Assembly: GCF_964204645.1 (NCBI RefSeq)
Contig: NC_134033.1
Coordinates: 15,074,655 to 15,138,654, forward strand
Reading direction: 5' to 3'
Origin: Tubulanus polymorphus
Lineage: Eukaryota > Animalia > Nemertea
DNA: 64,000 nucleotides
Within the stretch, counting starts at the first letter, position 1. Each line of letters starts with the position of its first letter. This document shows positions 13,201 to 28,200 of the stretch, piece after piece. Under the pieces are notes generated by a model. The model made no database searches. It was not told where the DNA came from and saw nothing but the letters and a program-made list of their open reading frames with translations. Made by a program: the position numbers and the translations under genes.

Positions 13201-16200
13201 ACAGCGTAGATATATTCCGACGAGATTATTCCAGCGTTTGACGGTGAAAATGGCACCACAATTCAGACGCTGTCGACAATGACTCCCTGACTGCGAGTGG
13301 CTGTATCATCGAGCTCGTTTATTGACCGGTGAATCTAATTAAGTAGATACCGAATCGTAGAGAATCTAACGAATACTCGACGAGCGACAGTCACTCAACA
13401 TCACTGATAATCCGATCGCTAATCACTAATCCATCTGTAACTTGCTTCAGATGACGGAGACAGTTGACAATCGACTGACTGAAGACCGACCGATTCTCTA
13501 TCTATCTATCTATTCATTCATATCCACCTACGCTGCCACAGCCTGCTCTGTGTGAGTAAACTGCGCTCACTTTAATCATCCTCTCCGTAACTACAGATCG
13601 ATGCTACGCATTGATTTCATCAACGTCCTCCGCTGTATCCGAGTGACTGTTCACAGAGTTTACCACTGCTTGTCGAGTTTACCACTACTCACAGAGTTTA
13701 CCGCTACTCACAGAGCATACCGCTACTCACAGAGTTTACCGCTACTCACAGTGTATACTGCTACTCATGAGAGTTACCGCCCACGCAATGACGTACCGCA
13801 CAAAAAAAATTCCATATAAATTTCCACAACAACTTCCCGCGAGCGTAAATACACACCGCGTATGATGATCTTCAGCACTGGCGTTACTGCACCGATGACA
13901 ATGACGAAGAGGAGAAAGAGAATGATGACTGATGCGGTGAGTAAGAGGAGTGTACGGTGTGTGTTGAGGAGATACAGGTAGCAGCAGTCAGTCAGTCAGT
14001 CACTACCGACGCAGCAGCAGCAGCAGCAGCAACAGCAGCTACCACACGGATTATCCATCTATAAATCAATAATCACCGATCGGATCAATACATTCCTGCT
14101 CCGTATGTTTGTCTTCTGCCGCTCCAGCTGGAGCGCTACACCGATCATAATATCACTCCAATCAATTACACCTTACATAACCGTAACCGATAAGGGTAAT
14201 TCCTCTGTAAGGTAAGCGCGCGATTTATTCCAAACGAACGAACGAGACAGCCATACACATTGTATATTACAATTTATTTGACCTTTAAGAGAGAGAGAGG
14301 GAGAGAGACAGACAGAGAGGAGGCAGGGAGCGCGCAGACGCACAGCTATACCGCCGGTATTAACGTATACTCGATCACCGCTCTTTGATGTTGAATACGT
14401 GAATGACTAAATGAATTCACAATCGCGTAAAACCGAATGAATCTTCATTCAGCGGGAGACGTTTTTTTTTTTAAGAAAAAAAAATTACACGTAAACGGAA
14501 ATTCCGAATTCTTGTTCAAGCAGCGACGGAAAACCCCTCATCAACGGAGCATTGCGGAAAAAATCTACGGAAGAAAGCATCCTAAACTTTATAGAAGACT
14601 GCAATCCTAAAGAGGTTAACCTAACAGAGGTCAGACCTGACACGGAGGTCACCGCTGACCTCTCAGGGCGAACTATATCATTATTTAAGTAATGCATAAG
14701 GTTTGAGCCAGAAGTTATCCCATAGATGTCACCACTGACCTCTCTGGATGAACTATATCGTTACCTTAGTAAGGCATAGGGTTTAAGCCAAAGGTTAACC
14801 TCGCAGAGGTCACCCCTGACCTCTGTGTATGAACTCTATCATTACCTAACTAAGGCATAAGGTTTGAGCTAGAGGTTGCCCTCGCAGGCCACAACTGACC
14901 TCTCTCGATGAACTTTATCAATACCATAATAGGGCAAGAGGTCTGACCTAGTTATCCTTGACCTCTATCGGGTCAACGGAAAAATATTCGACCTCTTTGA
15001 GAGGTTTATCCTTATTTCCCTAGTGTTTATATACATAACTGCATAAAAAACATTTTATTTGTTTGACTGACATATATATATATATCTCTCAGATCGAGAG
15101 ACATGCGTCTATAAATAAAAATCAATAAGCTATATTGATTATCAATAAAGGCTACTGTTTTAAACAGCAGGCTGTATGTATGCGAACCGGGGCGCGTGGT
15201 ATACTTTAGGATACAAAACAGGGTGGAGTTTCGATAAAACATGTCTCAGGCGTCCGTACGAACCGCTTAAAAAATCCCCACTGTTAGTTATCGCTTAAGA
15301 AGCCCTTCCTTAAGTATGTATACAAAATTTTGATTTTCGATCCCCCAACCACCCTCCCCCTCGAGTCAACAATTTCGAGCATTATCTACATGGAAAGAAG
15401 TGGTCAATGAGCCATGTTCAGTGTTCTCCGCATGCTGGAATTTTGAAGGAGCTGAATTCATTGTGAAGTGTATGACATTGTGGCTGTTGAAGTAGCGAGG
15501 CTTTCGATCATACCGAAAAATACAGAAAATTGAAGCATCTTCTATTTTTCACAGTCACTCAATATTGACATCCACTCTGTTAGGGGCAGCAGATATTTTA
15601 TAAGAAATGAATGACCTGCAGATTATTGGTGGTTATGAAAATGAAAGGGGTCACCTGTAGTGAAGAACACGAATGTAAGGTCTGCCAGAAATCAGAATTC
15701 AACCCTTTGATTGCGAAACCGGGTCTGGAACTTCTTTTTTTAAACAAAATTTTGAAGATTTTGATCTTGATATAGGGACTAGCCCTTCATATTCATTTGA
15801 AGGATCTGATATTATGCTCATTTTTGGCGTGTCCTTTTCCAGGGTGACCACTTAATGCCAATTTACAATTTTTCCATGCTCTAACACAAAATCCCCCTGA
15901 GTGAATCCTCGGTTTAAACTGTTACCATTTATTTTTCTTTGAGTCACATAAAAAAACATGCAGTCAATAGCATTTCATCGAAATTCCCAGAGTTTTCTAG
16001 GTTTTTATGTAAAATTTGTCAAATTCCGCGAGTTTTCCAGGTCACTGGCCACCCAGCTTACAAACCCAGCACTTACGTCTGCCAGGAATGGAACAGGGGG
16101 GGTTAGCGTAATACATCTCTCGTAATACTTTACCTTCCACTTTGTTTCTCGTACGGTCGTTCACTATCCGGTATTACCGATTTACTGTTCGAACCTCCGC

Positions 16201-19200
16201 AAACTAAATACTTCCAAATACTCGATTTGTGCTCGGTAGCGGTTGCCGCCGCCGACGGGTTATTGTTGTTATTCTTACGCGACATTTTTCGAAGAATTCG
16301 ATAAAGATAAATTCACTAACAATAGTAGCACCAATAGTTGTATATCACAGAAATCGTTTAAAAGCTTCTTCCTCCTTCACGAGACGCGAATTGAGTACGT
16401 AATATTCCAGTTAAAATCTGTAATACTTCAGTCGAAATCGGTAATAATTCGTTTAAAATCGGTAATATTTCTGGCGAAATGCCTAACTTTCAAGTCTACC
16501 TCCGTATTATCGGAGTCCAAATCCGTAATATTCCAGTCCAAATCCGTAATATTCCAGTACGATGAATTCCGGTAATATTCCAGTTCCAGCGAATTCAAAT
16601 CCGATGTTTCACTAATGCAAGTGCTATATGATTGTGTAATACAAGCGCGGTATACCGAACGATATATTACAGTTCACCTGATTATAATAAAACAGGTCCG
16701 AGTCCCCTCAGTATATATACAATACGACAGCGCGAGGCCCTAGCTGATATAATTATCAGTACATAACCTAATAACTAACAATTATCAGGTACTGTCTGTT
16801 ATGTGGCCAGCACCAGCGCTTTTAGTGTACATACGCTGCTCCGATATTCATACATAACTTTAATATGACTCCAGTCAATTATCGACGCGATGACCTAAAT
16901 AGGCGACCAATTATAGAATGAAGCGAATGTTTTTATGAAAACACGCCGAATCTTCCATAAATGGAAAAACGTTTCTAATATAATTACCGAGCGACTGATT
17001 GTTACGTCTCGTAAATAGTTACACTTTGCGGTGTCGGGCTACACGACAGCGTAGTATAGCATCGACATATCACGCGTCACAACTGAACCAGATTTGACTA
17101 AAAACGAAACAGGTGTCTCGGGTCCGCATTCGATAAATAATATTCAACGCAGATCCGAGCGACGGGACTCGTCGTGCAGACGCGATCGAAAATCTGCTCG
17201 ACGACGAAATCAATCGATATGAACCAATCGAATTGTCTCCTTCACGGCAACCTGTTACAACATTCTCGGGACGAGGGGTCAGGGTTACGATGACGATTAC
17301 ACGATCTATTTTGCCCGGAACGAAGTCGCGATTCACGAGAACTGGATAACCGATGCGTCTGCAGATGATATCCAGTATTTCCAAAACACAAACAGAGAAT
17401 CCAGTTATTTCCCAATTCCTTGCTGGTATCCAGTCCTAGCTAGTCCTGTATGTCACTGGCGCTGCTATCCATTGAGTAGTTAGTCGCTATTACAAAACAC
17501 ATATGTCAGCAGTGGCAATGGCTAACTGACAACAGAGACACTAAATTAGTTAATCAGATTAACTAATTACAACGAAGGTCGATATGTATTGTGTAGCGAA
17601 GATTACCGCTCATTGAGGGTTGTTTGAGCATCTCGCGAATATCGACGCAAACCCAGTCCTATAACCATATATCACCCGTATTATATTCCGGATCATTGTC
17701 GGGGGTGACCAATAGGCCTATTAGACAAGACAGGCAGCCAGTTCCTTCCACGCCCACTTACAGTAAAATTAATATGTCACCAGAGATATGATATATGGAT
17801 ATCTATGGGGGGCTCATAGAAAGCAGTTTATTGGTAATTACTTGCAATTCAACATTGAGTCACTATTGACTGTCAAATGACAGACAACTTCACAGAGTTT
17901 TTATTTCAGTTTTCTGAAAAGGTCGTTATGAACATCCGATTGAAAAACACAGAAAAACAGTTACGTAACATTCGGGAACAGACAATATGACTGTGTGTGA
18001 GTCAGGCAACCGGAATGGAGGTCATACGCGCTATTGTGCGTTCACAAATCATATAAGGTGGCGTTTATAGACAGGAAGTAATTGAATTCAAATAAACAAT
18101 TTCCGACATATTTCCATATTTCGCAAGAAACACGGACTGACTTCAAATACGGCTATATTCTATACTCAGACCTTAATCTTAAGTGGTACGCCCCCAGGGG
18201 GAATTTCCCCATACAGATATAAGTCAGCAAATAAACAAGATTTTATATTTTCGGTTGCCAGAAGTCATGGCCACTGCTGTAAGATAGTGGCTTATCTGAA
18301 AACAGTTCATTTCCGAACAATCGACTATAAAATTCTCATTGATTTCGTGTCAATAAATGCTCCCTGATAAATAATGTAAAAATCTCGTCAATACACGGAA
18401 ATAGATAAACATTTGAAAACACAGCGCTGCGCACTGAGTTTTATCAATTCAACAACATCTGTGACTAGCAGCTAGTACCAGGCACCGTGGACTTCACTTC
18501 AGGGGTCAATAATATTATACAAATGGAGAGAAGGAGTCCTGGGAATGTCGATAGAGTGATAATCGAAATATCAAGCATATCGGGTTATCGGATAGAGACT
18601 TATCAAGTTACGGCGAGAGGTCGTGTCCTAAAATATCTACACAACTAGTGCCGACACTAAACGAGTCCTATTCCCAAATGACTCGAAATCATTCTCGAAA
18701 AACTCACTGACAGAAAAGAGAAGTTTTGGGAAAATGGTAAAATAGTTGTGAGTGTGGGGGCGGGGGTGTTACAATATTTAGGCGAGTTCGTTCAGAAGTG
18801 AACTGTTTTCAGATTAGCCACTATCTTTGTGGCCAGACGTCAGAGGCCACATTCAAGCTACTGTATCATACCCCACAATCAATTCAATTTCAACATCGAT
18901 TTATTGCTCTAATTGGAAAAAAAAGAAGATAACTACGCGATCCTGAGGGAGGAGAGAACTGCTGCCGCCCGTTTACCTCAAACCCACGCTACACGCTTAA
19001 ACATCTCCTAATACAACCACTATTCCACGCAAATCCTAATTGACAGTAAACTCCGGGAGCTAATCCTCATCGTAATCCATTAGATAGTTAATCCGGGGGC
19101 TCGAGCGCACGTATATATATACACAGCACGGCAGTAAGGGAGAGAACCACTGCTGTATAGATAGACACAACGACCTGCTAGCTCAGCTTGCTTTACATAC

Positions 19201-22200
19201 ACGTACATTCTATAGGTTTAATACACCGTTCTAAAATAAAAGACATCTCTCTCCGCGCGCGCTCTCTCCTAACAGCGCCACACAGTACAATAATGCATTC
19301 ATCCACATCAGAACAAATAACACATTATTTCTGTTTTTATAGTCATATGACTTGTTCTAGTGTCACCTACAAGCCTCGTATAATTAAGCTGTAGAAGCCG
19401 CCATAGAGTATTATTATTAGTTGAACAATACATTTTATTGTTGTTGTAAACTGAAAGTGACGAGATACACGAGTTGAATGTATTTATAACATGAGTGAAA
19501 GTCCATCGAAACGGTTGCCACTATATCACTATATCGGATCATGATGATAGAGGGGGTGGGAAACGGATCTAATTGAACATGTGTAAAGGACAAACATTAT
19601 GCGATCGACCATAAGTATGTATTGAAAACTGATGGCCGGTGAGCCCCTCTAACTAAGGACCCCCTCTATATATGGACCTCCCCCCCCCCCTATTGAGACA
19701 GTTTGACAGACGAGTGTGTTTGTGGTATGTTTTGTGACACTTTTCAAACAATAAGTGAAAATAGATTAAGTCACGCGTGAACAGTAGACACTATACAGGC
19801 TATTACTGTATATATATATATATATATATAAACCTGTTCATGATTATACCAGCAGGGATGCCACATGTATTCTACCAGCCGTATGTACGTTCGGGTATCG
19901 GCTCGTTAAATGGCCACCTGTCAACTTTTTAATTAGTACCGTTAGTCACGTGTGTTTAACGGTCAGTATGACACCTGTACGTGCTGTGACATATCGTTAA
20001 CTGCGTATTCGAATTGCGCGGGTTCCACTTTCAATTTCATGCATTTCAGATTTGGTAGTGATGTTCAGAGAAGGTATCGGCGCCAGATTCAAGTGTCGCG
20101 TGGAAACCGGCGCAGGGTGAAGGGTCTTGAGCGATCGAAAAATGCAGAATTTATAAACGAACAGGAGTGGATCTAGGATACTTGGAAGGCGGGGTATGAA
20201 AGAAAATGAAGAATATTCCGTGGATATAAAGCAGCCACAAGCGTTATCCCACCATCGCGGTTAGATACTTTTGATGAAATCCACCCGAAAAGGAGCAATT
20301 TCCGAAAAGATCGGCATCAAATTTGACGAAGCTTTTGACAATCTCTGTCATGACGAACAGAGAAGCTTGTTGACGATACAACAGTCAAGCTGAAGGCCGT
20401 AAGCAGGGTTCCAACATAGGGGTTAAATATTCTAAAGAAACCTATCAGTAAAGATGTCAAATTTGCAAAGGTTTTAACGATCTCTGTCATGACGAACAGA
20501 GAAGGCTCGCAGAGGATACAACAGTCAAGCTGAAAGCCGTAAGCAGGGTTCCAACATTGGGGTTAGATATTCTAAAGAAACCTATCAGTAAAGATGTCAA
20601 ATTTGCAAAGGTTTTGACAATCTCTGTCATGACGAAAAGAGAAGGCTCACAGAGGATACAGTAATCAAGTTGAAGGCCGTAAGCAGGGTTCCAACATAGG
20701 GGTTAAATGTTCTAAGGAAACCTATCTGTAAAGATGTCAAATTTGACGCAGGTTTTGGCGATACAACCTAATTGCGAAGGCAGGGGTACTCGACCCCTAA
20801 ATCGACCCCCAAAATCACGCACTACTGACCTGGACACATTCTGTAGATAATAATACGGCTTCGGTGGCGCCTCCTGTTTCACCGTCCTACGATATCCACG
20901 ATGCATAATAACAATAGAAATCCGCGGTAACCGAGGGCGACATCACCACGGCGACGAGACAGAGCAGATGACGACGGTAAAGGAAAAGTGACCCACTCCT
21001 CGCTGTCGTTTCACTCGCGCTCCTCGTGGTTTTAAAACCTCGCGTGTATGTACATATAGTTTGATATCACATATTAAATATGTGAAGTTACAATCGAAGA
21101 GCTTAAACATCAAGTCGGAAATTTTCGCGCCCAAATTAAATTCGTATTCGCGCTCTAAATACGAATCATACTCGAAGATATCAAATTTTTATTTTCAAAT
21201 TCTGTTTTTTATTCGTAGTTGGAAATATTCGGGAATTTCGAGCATCGAAAGGGCCGCGCAGCGAAAATAACAATCCGACGAATATACCATCGGAATGCCA
21301 GCGCGACAGTTGATATAGTAAAATGTATTTTGAATATGAATAATGCCTCGGAGACATGTGACCTCTATTTCTATACACATACCTACACTGAGCACGCGCG
21401 GCGCCACGTACGCAGGCATCAATCAATGAAAAATCTAATATCATAAATTTCCACCACAAGCGCCAAAGCCTGTGACGAGTTATTTCTAGAAGGAAGTTAT
21501 TTCGGTTGTTTTCGGAAGCTGTCGAATTTTGTGATTTTCATGAATGGGTTATGTGCCCTAGACAATTTTCCAATGAATAACTTTGAACAATAGTCAAACT
21601 ATTAAAATGGAGAGAGTTTTCGCACATCTGTAAACATTGGAACTTCAATTCTTTCAAGCCAAATTCCGCGCGCCCATTTGCAGTCATAGCTTAGACCAGT
21701 CTAGCCAATATAACAACTTGAAAACAGTCTACTCTCATTTTGATTCTATAACCAATGTAACAACTTATGACCAGGCTAAGATCATTTTGGTTCTACAGCC
21801 AATCTTACAACTTAAGACCAGACTTAATTTCTAAGTTAAACTGGGCTCTGGGCCCAGTTCCATAGTCAAGACTTAAGCCTAAAAGTGGTTTTAAATCTTA
21901 ACTGGGTCCAGAGATGTGAATTCAACTAACTGATGGGATAAAGTTCAACCTGATCCATAAACCTGGGCCGGGTATAAAACTGAACTTCTGACAGTCAAAT
22001 GACTCTTGAAGTCTCTATGTATGGTAACCCGATGACTTCAGGTCGCATATCTCTAAATGGGTTGAATAAACAAATGCTCAAATTTGACCGCGGAAATATG
22101 ATACACAACATACAGTTTGTACATGTGTAAATAGGATAAATAAGGGTCCTTCAATCCTGGCCCTAATCATCTCTTCATGTCTCAAATTACACAGGTATCT

Positions 22201-25200
22201 TTCACTATGAATGCTTGATTGTTTGGCCCTCAGACATTATAGATATTCATAGATATTCAATTCTAAGAAATTTCCGCTCTCCAGAACGGGTCAATCTGAC
22301 CGATTGATAGAAAGGGAAATCTTAAATATAAAACCAAGTTCGGCAGTTTATATAGACAGGGTGGCCACTTTTCACGAATTAACAAATCCCTTGAATTTTC
22401 ACAGAATTTTTCCATGTGATTACACAAAATTCCCTGAATGAATCAGAGAAATTTCTAAACGTTACAATTCATGCATTTTTCAGTGAATCATGTATCGATA
22501 AGGAAACACGTGGTCAATAAAATTATCCGAATTCACTGAGTTTTCCGAGTTTTTAGTAAAACCGATTTTTCTATTTCCAGGGAACTACGGCATTTTCAGG
22601 TTTCCAGATCAATGGCCACTGTCGGAGTTGAGATGTCGCTAATTTTTGAGTTTTGAAAAAAAAGAAGAAAACCAGAAATATACTTACAAGGGAATATCCT
22701 CGTCAAACCCTGGTTTAGTGTTAACCGGAACGTAACTCGGAGGTGGTAGTCCGGTTCCTGGTTCCTCCGCGTACTCGTTGTGTACTGAAAATACAACACA
22801 ACTCCCGTCGTCTAAAATGTTTTACAAATTTCGCAAACACGAAAAAACAATTTCTTCATTTCATAGACGATATAATACCGAGTTCATGCGAGGGTTTGTA
22901 CCATCTATCCTCGCTTGCCAGGGTTTGATTGCCTCCTGCCGGAGCTCATGCCAATACAAACTCTGGCCGCTGACCCTTCATTGGTCTACTACATTTTCCA
23001 AGATTCCTTAGGCGGACAGGTTGCCATAAAGCCGCCACCAGTCTATGGATTAAGCCAAAAATTTATATAAAAAATATATTTAAAATATGAATTTTTGATT
23101 AAGCCAATCAGATGCGTTGTTCTCCACTGGCAGAATCGTTGCGCAATTGATTGGCTAGATATATAGACTGGTGGCCACTTAGCGGCGACCTGTCCGTCCA
23201 CGAAATCTTGGGCAGTGCGATATACCAATGAAGGGGTTGCGGGCAGGGTTTGTGTTGGCGTGAGCTTCGGCGGGCGGCAATCAAACCCTGGCAAGCGAGG
23301 ATGCTACCGTCGATAGTAGTCTTCGACGAGGCAAAATAAACAAAGACAGAACTTCGAAAAAAAGATTTCACGAAAAATGCACGAAAATTTGAAAAATAAT
23401 TCTTATGTCGATAGAAAATGTTGCATCATGCAAGGCGGCCATTTGGCTGGTTATATATAGGGGGCGCCATGTCGCGCATGCATCGTATTCAAATCCCGGG
23501 CCGGTTAATCGTTACTACAGTTACGGGCGATATCGAATTAGTAATTGTTGTTTATTTTCCCGAAAAATTTGTCGGTAGAAAATAGTGTCAATATTGCTTA
23601 CCAGGTGGCGATGCGGTTTCTGAAGGCAAGGGAGCTGCAAACAAAAAGCGATTAGCTATTAGAGAGATAGATGGCAGCACTGAATAGAATAAGAGGTTGG
23701 CCTTAAAGTACGCACGAACCACATCCGTGGCGCGAAGGCGGTCTAGAATTGATCTCGGAAAATAGGCGATCATTTAACTATCGTACTTCATGAGCAGCCT
23801 CTATATTTTATAGTCAAACATGTACAAAACAGAGGTAGGTTCAAAACAAACCCCTTCCCCCCCTATCCCTCCTCCCCCTCTCCCTCAGCTCTCTCCTCCC
23901 CTAGGATGGGAAATAGCAAAAACAATATCGATTTCATCGCAGCTACTAAACTCAAATAATCAATACTAAACACAAGAGCGCACAACGTTTTATTATTATA
24001 TATCGTTATTGTATGATAATGATGAAGCATGGATTTAACAGACCAGAAATTTACTCTATCACGAGGACAGATTTTTCGTAAAAGTTTAAAATCTGAACTT
24101 TTCTGGCTGAACGTTCATAAAACTGATGAACAGTGCATCATTAAACGTTCTCAAACTCCGTTATAACGCTGCTATCCATTTTAACGCCAGTGGTCGCTAA
24201 ACGTTAACACGTTTCGGAGAATAAATTTGTCAGATCTAATTCAAATTCGATGAAAACACTATCATTATGACACCAATCTCTTCATAATGCCATGTTCTTA
24301 ATACTAATGGCATCCCACATAGGTAGAGATTTGAATCTGATGAAATCCTGAGACTCGACCACAGCAAGAACCCCTGCCTGATTAGCCAGCCTAATTGTGC
24401 CGGTGAACATACACCTTAGCCATTCAGAAGTCATAGCTAATGCTCAAGTACCGGCACACTTAGGCTAATCGGGCCGAGTTTCATGTCGGGGGCAGTCTCA
24501 CGATGCCATCAGGTGCTTTCCCCTGCCGAGCGAGGATGTATCAAACGAGGGCTGCAGTTGCTCAATATTTGGTTAAAGATAATCGGCAGATAAATACCGT
24601 AGTAACAATAAACTTTTAATTGTCACTATCTGCTGGTTAACACTAGCCAACATTGAGTAACTGCAGCCCCTGACTTCGACCTGTGTTATAATCACATTTT
24701 GACAGTTCAGTTTTCGAGTAAATTCTTGGTATGGAAATCCACTACATCATATAGACGAGGAGGGAGGGGAGGGGGAGGGAGGGGGAGGGGGAGGGAGGGG
24801 GAGGGGGTTATACAGTTACATGCAAGCTATCCATACATTCAACATACACAATAATCATTCTTCATTCATCACACGCGGCTAGATTTTAGTTCATTCAGAT
24901 TCAACCAGGTGTCGCTACGTTTCCACGAGTTACGTTTCCAATGTAATCGATTGTTAGTCGAAAATTTCACGGCATTAGTTACGGGCGAAATTGAAAAATA
25001 TTTGACAGGATACAAGTGACTTCTTTGCTGTTTCCAGAATTCCCTCTTAAAGATGGTCGAAAATTTGGTGGCGATAATTCAATTAGTGGAGGACAGTACC
25101 GACATCTTTCCCATTAAAGATTTTCCAGGATTTCATCCGTATTTTATTGTTACCTGCGTATGTTACGTTCGGTTATATGCTAATTAGTCGATTATACTAG

Positions 25201-28200
25201 ACCGTCGACAGTTCCATTCTAAGCCGCTAGATGGCAGCGATAACTGATCAAATTTGGAGAACGACCTTTGCTAACAGTCATTTCCAGGCATCAAAAACAA
25301 ATGAGCAGATTTTTCAACCACAGAAAGGGATAAGGGATCAGGGTCAGGAACAGGCTGTGGCGCGTGGAAATGGCCGTTAGAAAACATCGCTCTCCGGTGA
25401 ATTTTGACGAAGCGTATTATTGTCATCGGATTGAGCTCTGATGGAACGGACGACGGTTCAATGAAGCGTTCTACACAATTCTAGCTCCGTGCAGGTGGCA
25501 GCAGCAGCAGCAGCAGCAGCGAGCGGCGTCCACGAGGTTATATACGCGACTGAGGAGGAAACACCTTACCCTGTTGGAACTGATCATCCTCACCTCGTGC
25601 GAGGTATTCCTCCGACATGTACGTCGGTTTCGCGATGACCAAACGAACGCGTTCTTGCGTGGCTTTCAACGCGGCAACGGCGTCTTCATGAGTGACGTCT
25701 ATCAGAGAATTCTCATTCACCTGAAATTATTATCATATATCAACAATCTGGTACACATCGACCGCGGCAGCTTCCATTCGCTCTAATCAGTGAAAGTTCA
25801 TTTCCAAGGATCGTTTAATGTATATATCAATCCGCAGTCTCAACCCTGCATCTGCACCTGCACCCCTTCAGAAATTCATTACGTTTGTGTTAGACTATTA
25901 GAATGTACATGAAGTTGATTTTTAATAAAAATATCTCTGATGAAGTTCTGAACACATGTGAAGTGCGGTCATTTTTGAAAGCTTGGTGATAAAATGTCTA
26001 ATGTCTGGTGTTTGTAGTTCATTTTCAATTAGAAATGTCTTAGGTGAAGTACTGAACACATGTGAAGTGTGGACGATCAGTTTTTGAAAGTGCGCTGATA
26101 GAATGTCTGGTGTTAGTAGTTCATTTATAATTAAAAATGTCTCCTGAGTACATGTGAAATGTGGATGATCAGTAAATCGGAAGAATTTTGGACGTGTGAA
26201 TGGGTCGACGTGGAATCGATTCAGACTTTCAAACATCATTCTAACCTGCATGAGTCGATCCCCGACTGCGAGGCGGCCATCTTGCTCGGCGGCGCCACCT
26301 TCGATGACTTTAGTGACAAATATACCGTTGTCGCTGGGAATATGTTGATTTCCTACTCCTCCAGCGATACTGAATCCTAATCCTAAAACAGAAACAGCAA
26401 AATATTCTACAATTACAAAGCAATCAACTTCTCTATATTACCAACAGTTACCATTATCTCATTAATTACTAGTAACATACACCGCACTGTTCATCACTGA
26501 TTTATACACTGCACTGCGGTGTAGACGCAGTGAAAGGGTTAAGGGGAGACCAGCGAAGACGTGTCACCGGCCGCTTGAACAACTCGGACAGATTTCCCTG
26601 ATTTTTCCGAGTGATTACACAAAATTCCCCGAATGAATCAGAGAAATTTCTAGGTTTAAGATTTCACAATTCATTCATTTTTAATGAATCACATATTGAT
26701 AAAGAAACACATGTAGTCAATAACATTATCCAAATTCTCCGAATTTTCCAGGTTTTTGGTAAAATTTGTCATATTCCCTACATTTTTCAGATTTTTTCTA
26801 GATTTCCCTGAATTTTCCAGGTTTTCCAGATATATGGGCGCTCTGTTCGTGATATCTTTTTCGCAGGCTAACAGTTCTGATACCGCGGCTATTCCGAATA
26901 TTGAGAACGTTGCGAAAACATATTTCAAGCATCTGACGTATTCTTGAATTAGAAACCAATCGACTTTCAAGTGAGAATTCAAGACGAGATGCGGACAAAC
27001 CTTTGTTTCCTTTATAAAGTATGATTTCCTGTATTTCTTCAGCGGGAGTTCTCGGTCTTTTAATGCTCTACAAACAAACAACGCAATCAGTTTCATCGAC
27101 GTTTTAAACATCATCGATAATTCATTAACGCAACCTCAATAATCATATACCGTACGTCACTACAGTACATATCACAGTTTACAGTCGTAAGGCTATATGC
27201 AATATTTATATATTTCAATAGCACTTGAATTTTAACTCTGATCTACAGATAAAAGAGTAGGAAGAGAGGGGAGTGTGAGGATGGAGCAGAGCAGTTTATG
27301 GAGGGATATGGAGAACTGGGAAGAGAGTTTGGGATTATTCAGTTGTTCCAACACTGAAAGGGGTATATGGAGAGAAAAGGCGTACTCACCAATCTGACAG
27401 TAACTCCAAGAGGGGCGGAGCTGGGGAGGGGGTTGTTACTCATCAATTTGATAGTAGCTCCAGGAAGGGGACTGGGGGAGGGGGTGTTACCAATCTGACA
27501 GTAAGGGGAGGGGAGTTACTCACCAATCTGACAGTAGCTCCAGGAGGGAGAGGGGAGTTACTCACCAATCTGACAGTAGCTCCAGGAGGGAGAGGGGAGT
27601 TACTCACCAATCTGACAGTAGCCCCAGGAGGGAGAGGGGAGTTAATCACCAATCTGACAGTAGCTCCAGGAGGGGGAGGGGGTCTGGGGGAGTGCTACTG
27701 GCCAAAGTGACAGTAGCTCTAGGAGGGGACTGGCGGGGGTGGGGGGGGGGTGTTACCAATCTGACAGTAACTCCAGGAGGGGGACTGGGGGAGTGCTACT
27801 CACCAATCTGACAGTAACTTCAGGAGGGGGAGGGGGTCTGGGGGAGTGCTACTCACCAATCTTACAGTAACTCCAGGAGGGGGACTGGGGGAGTACTACT
27901 CACCAATCTGACAGTAGCTCCAGGAGGGGGACTAGAGGGGAGTGCTACTCACCAATCTGACAGTAGCTCCAGCACGTTTCAACGCATCCACTGATTCGGT
28001 ATGAGACACATTAATACAATTTACACCATTCACCGCTGTGATTATATCATTGATTCTACAAAATACGAATAAAAATGGCCTCTACCGTGAATCCCCTTAT
28101 GACATCATCAATGCAAATCCATCCCTAAACCGAAGTCATCATCAGTCATCATACAGTTTGAGGTTAAGCGGATTTGAAAAAAAGAAGATTTCCGATGAAC

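Noticed and set aside
17070-17384. 104-aa minus-strand ORF
   Set aside because: Non-ATG start, no recognisable domain, no compatible splice sites found
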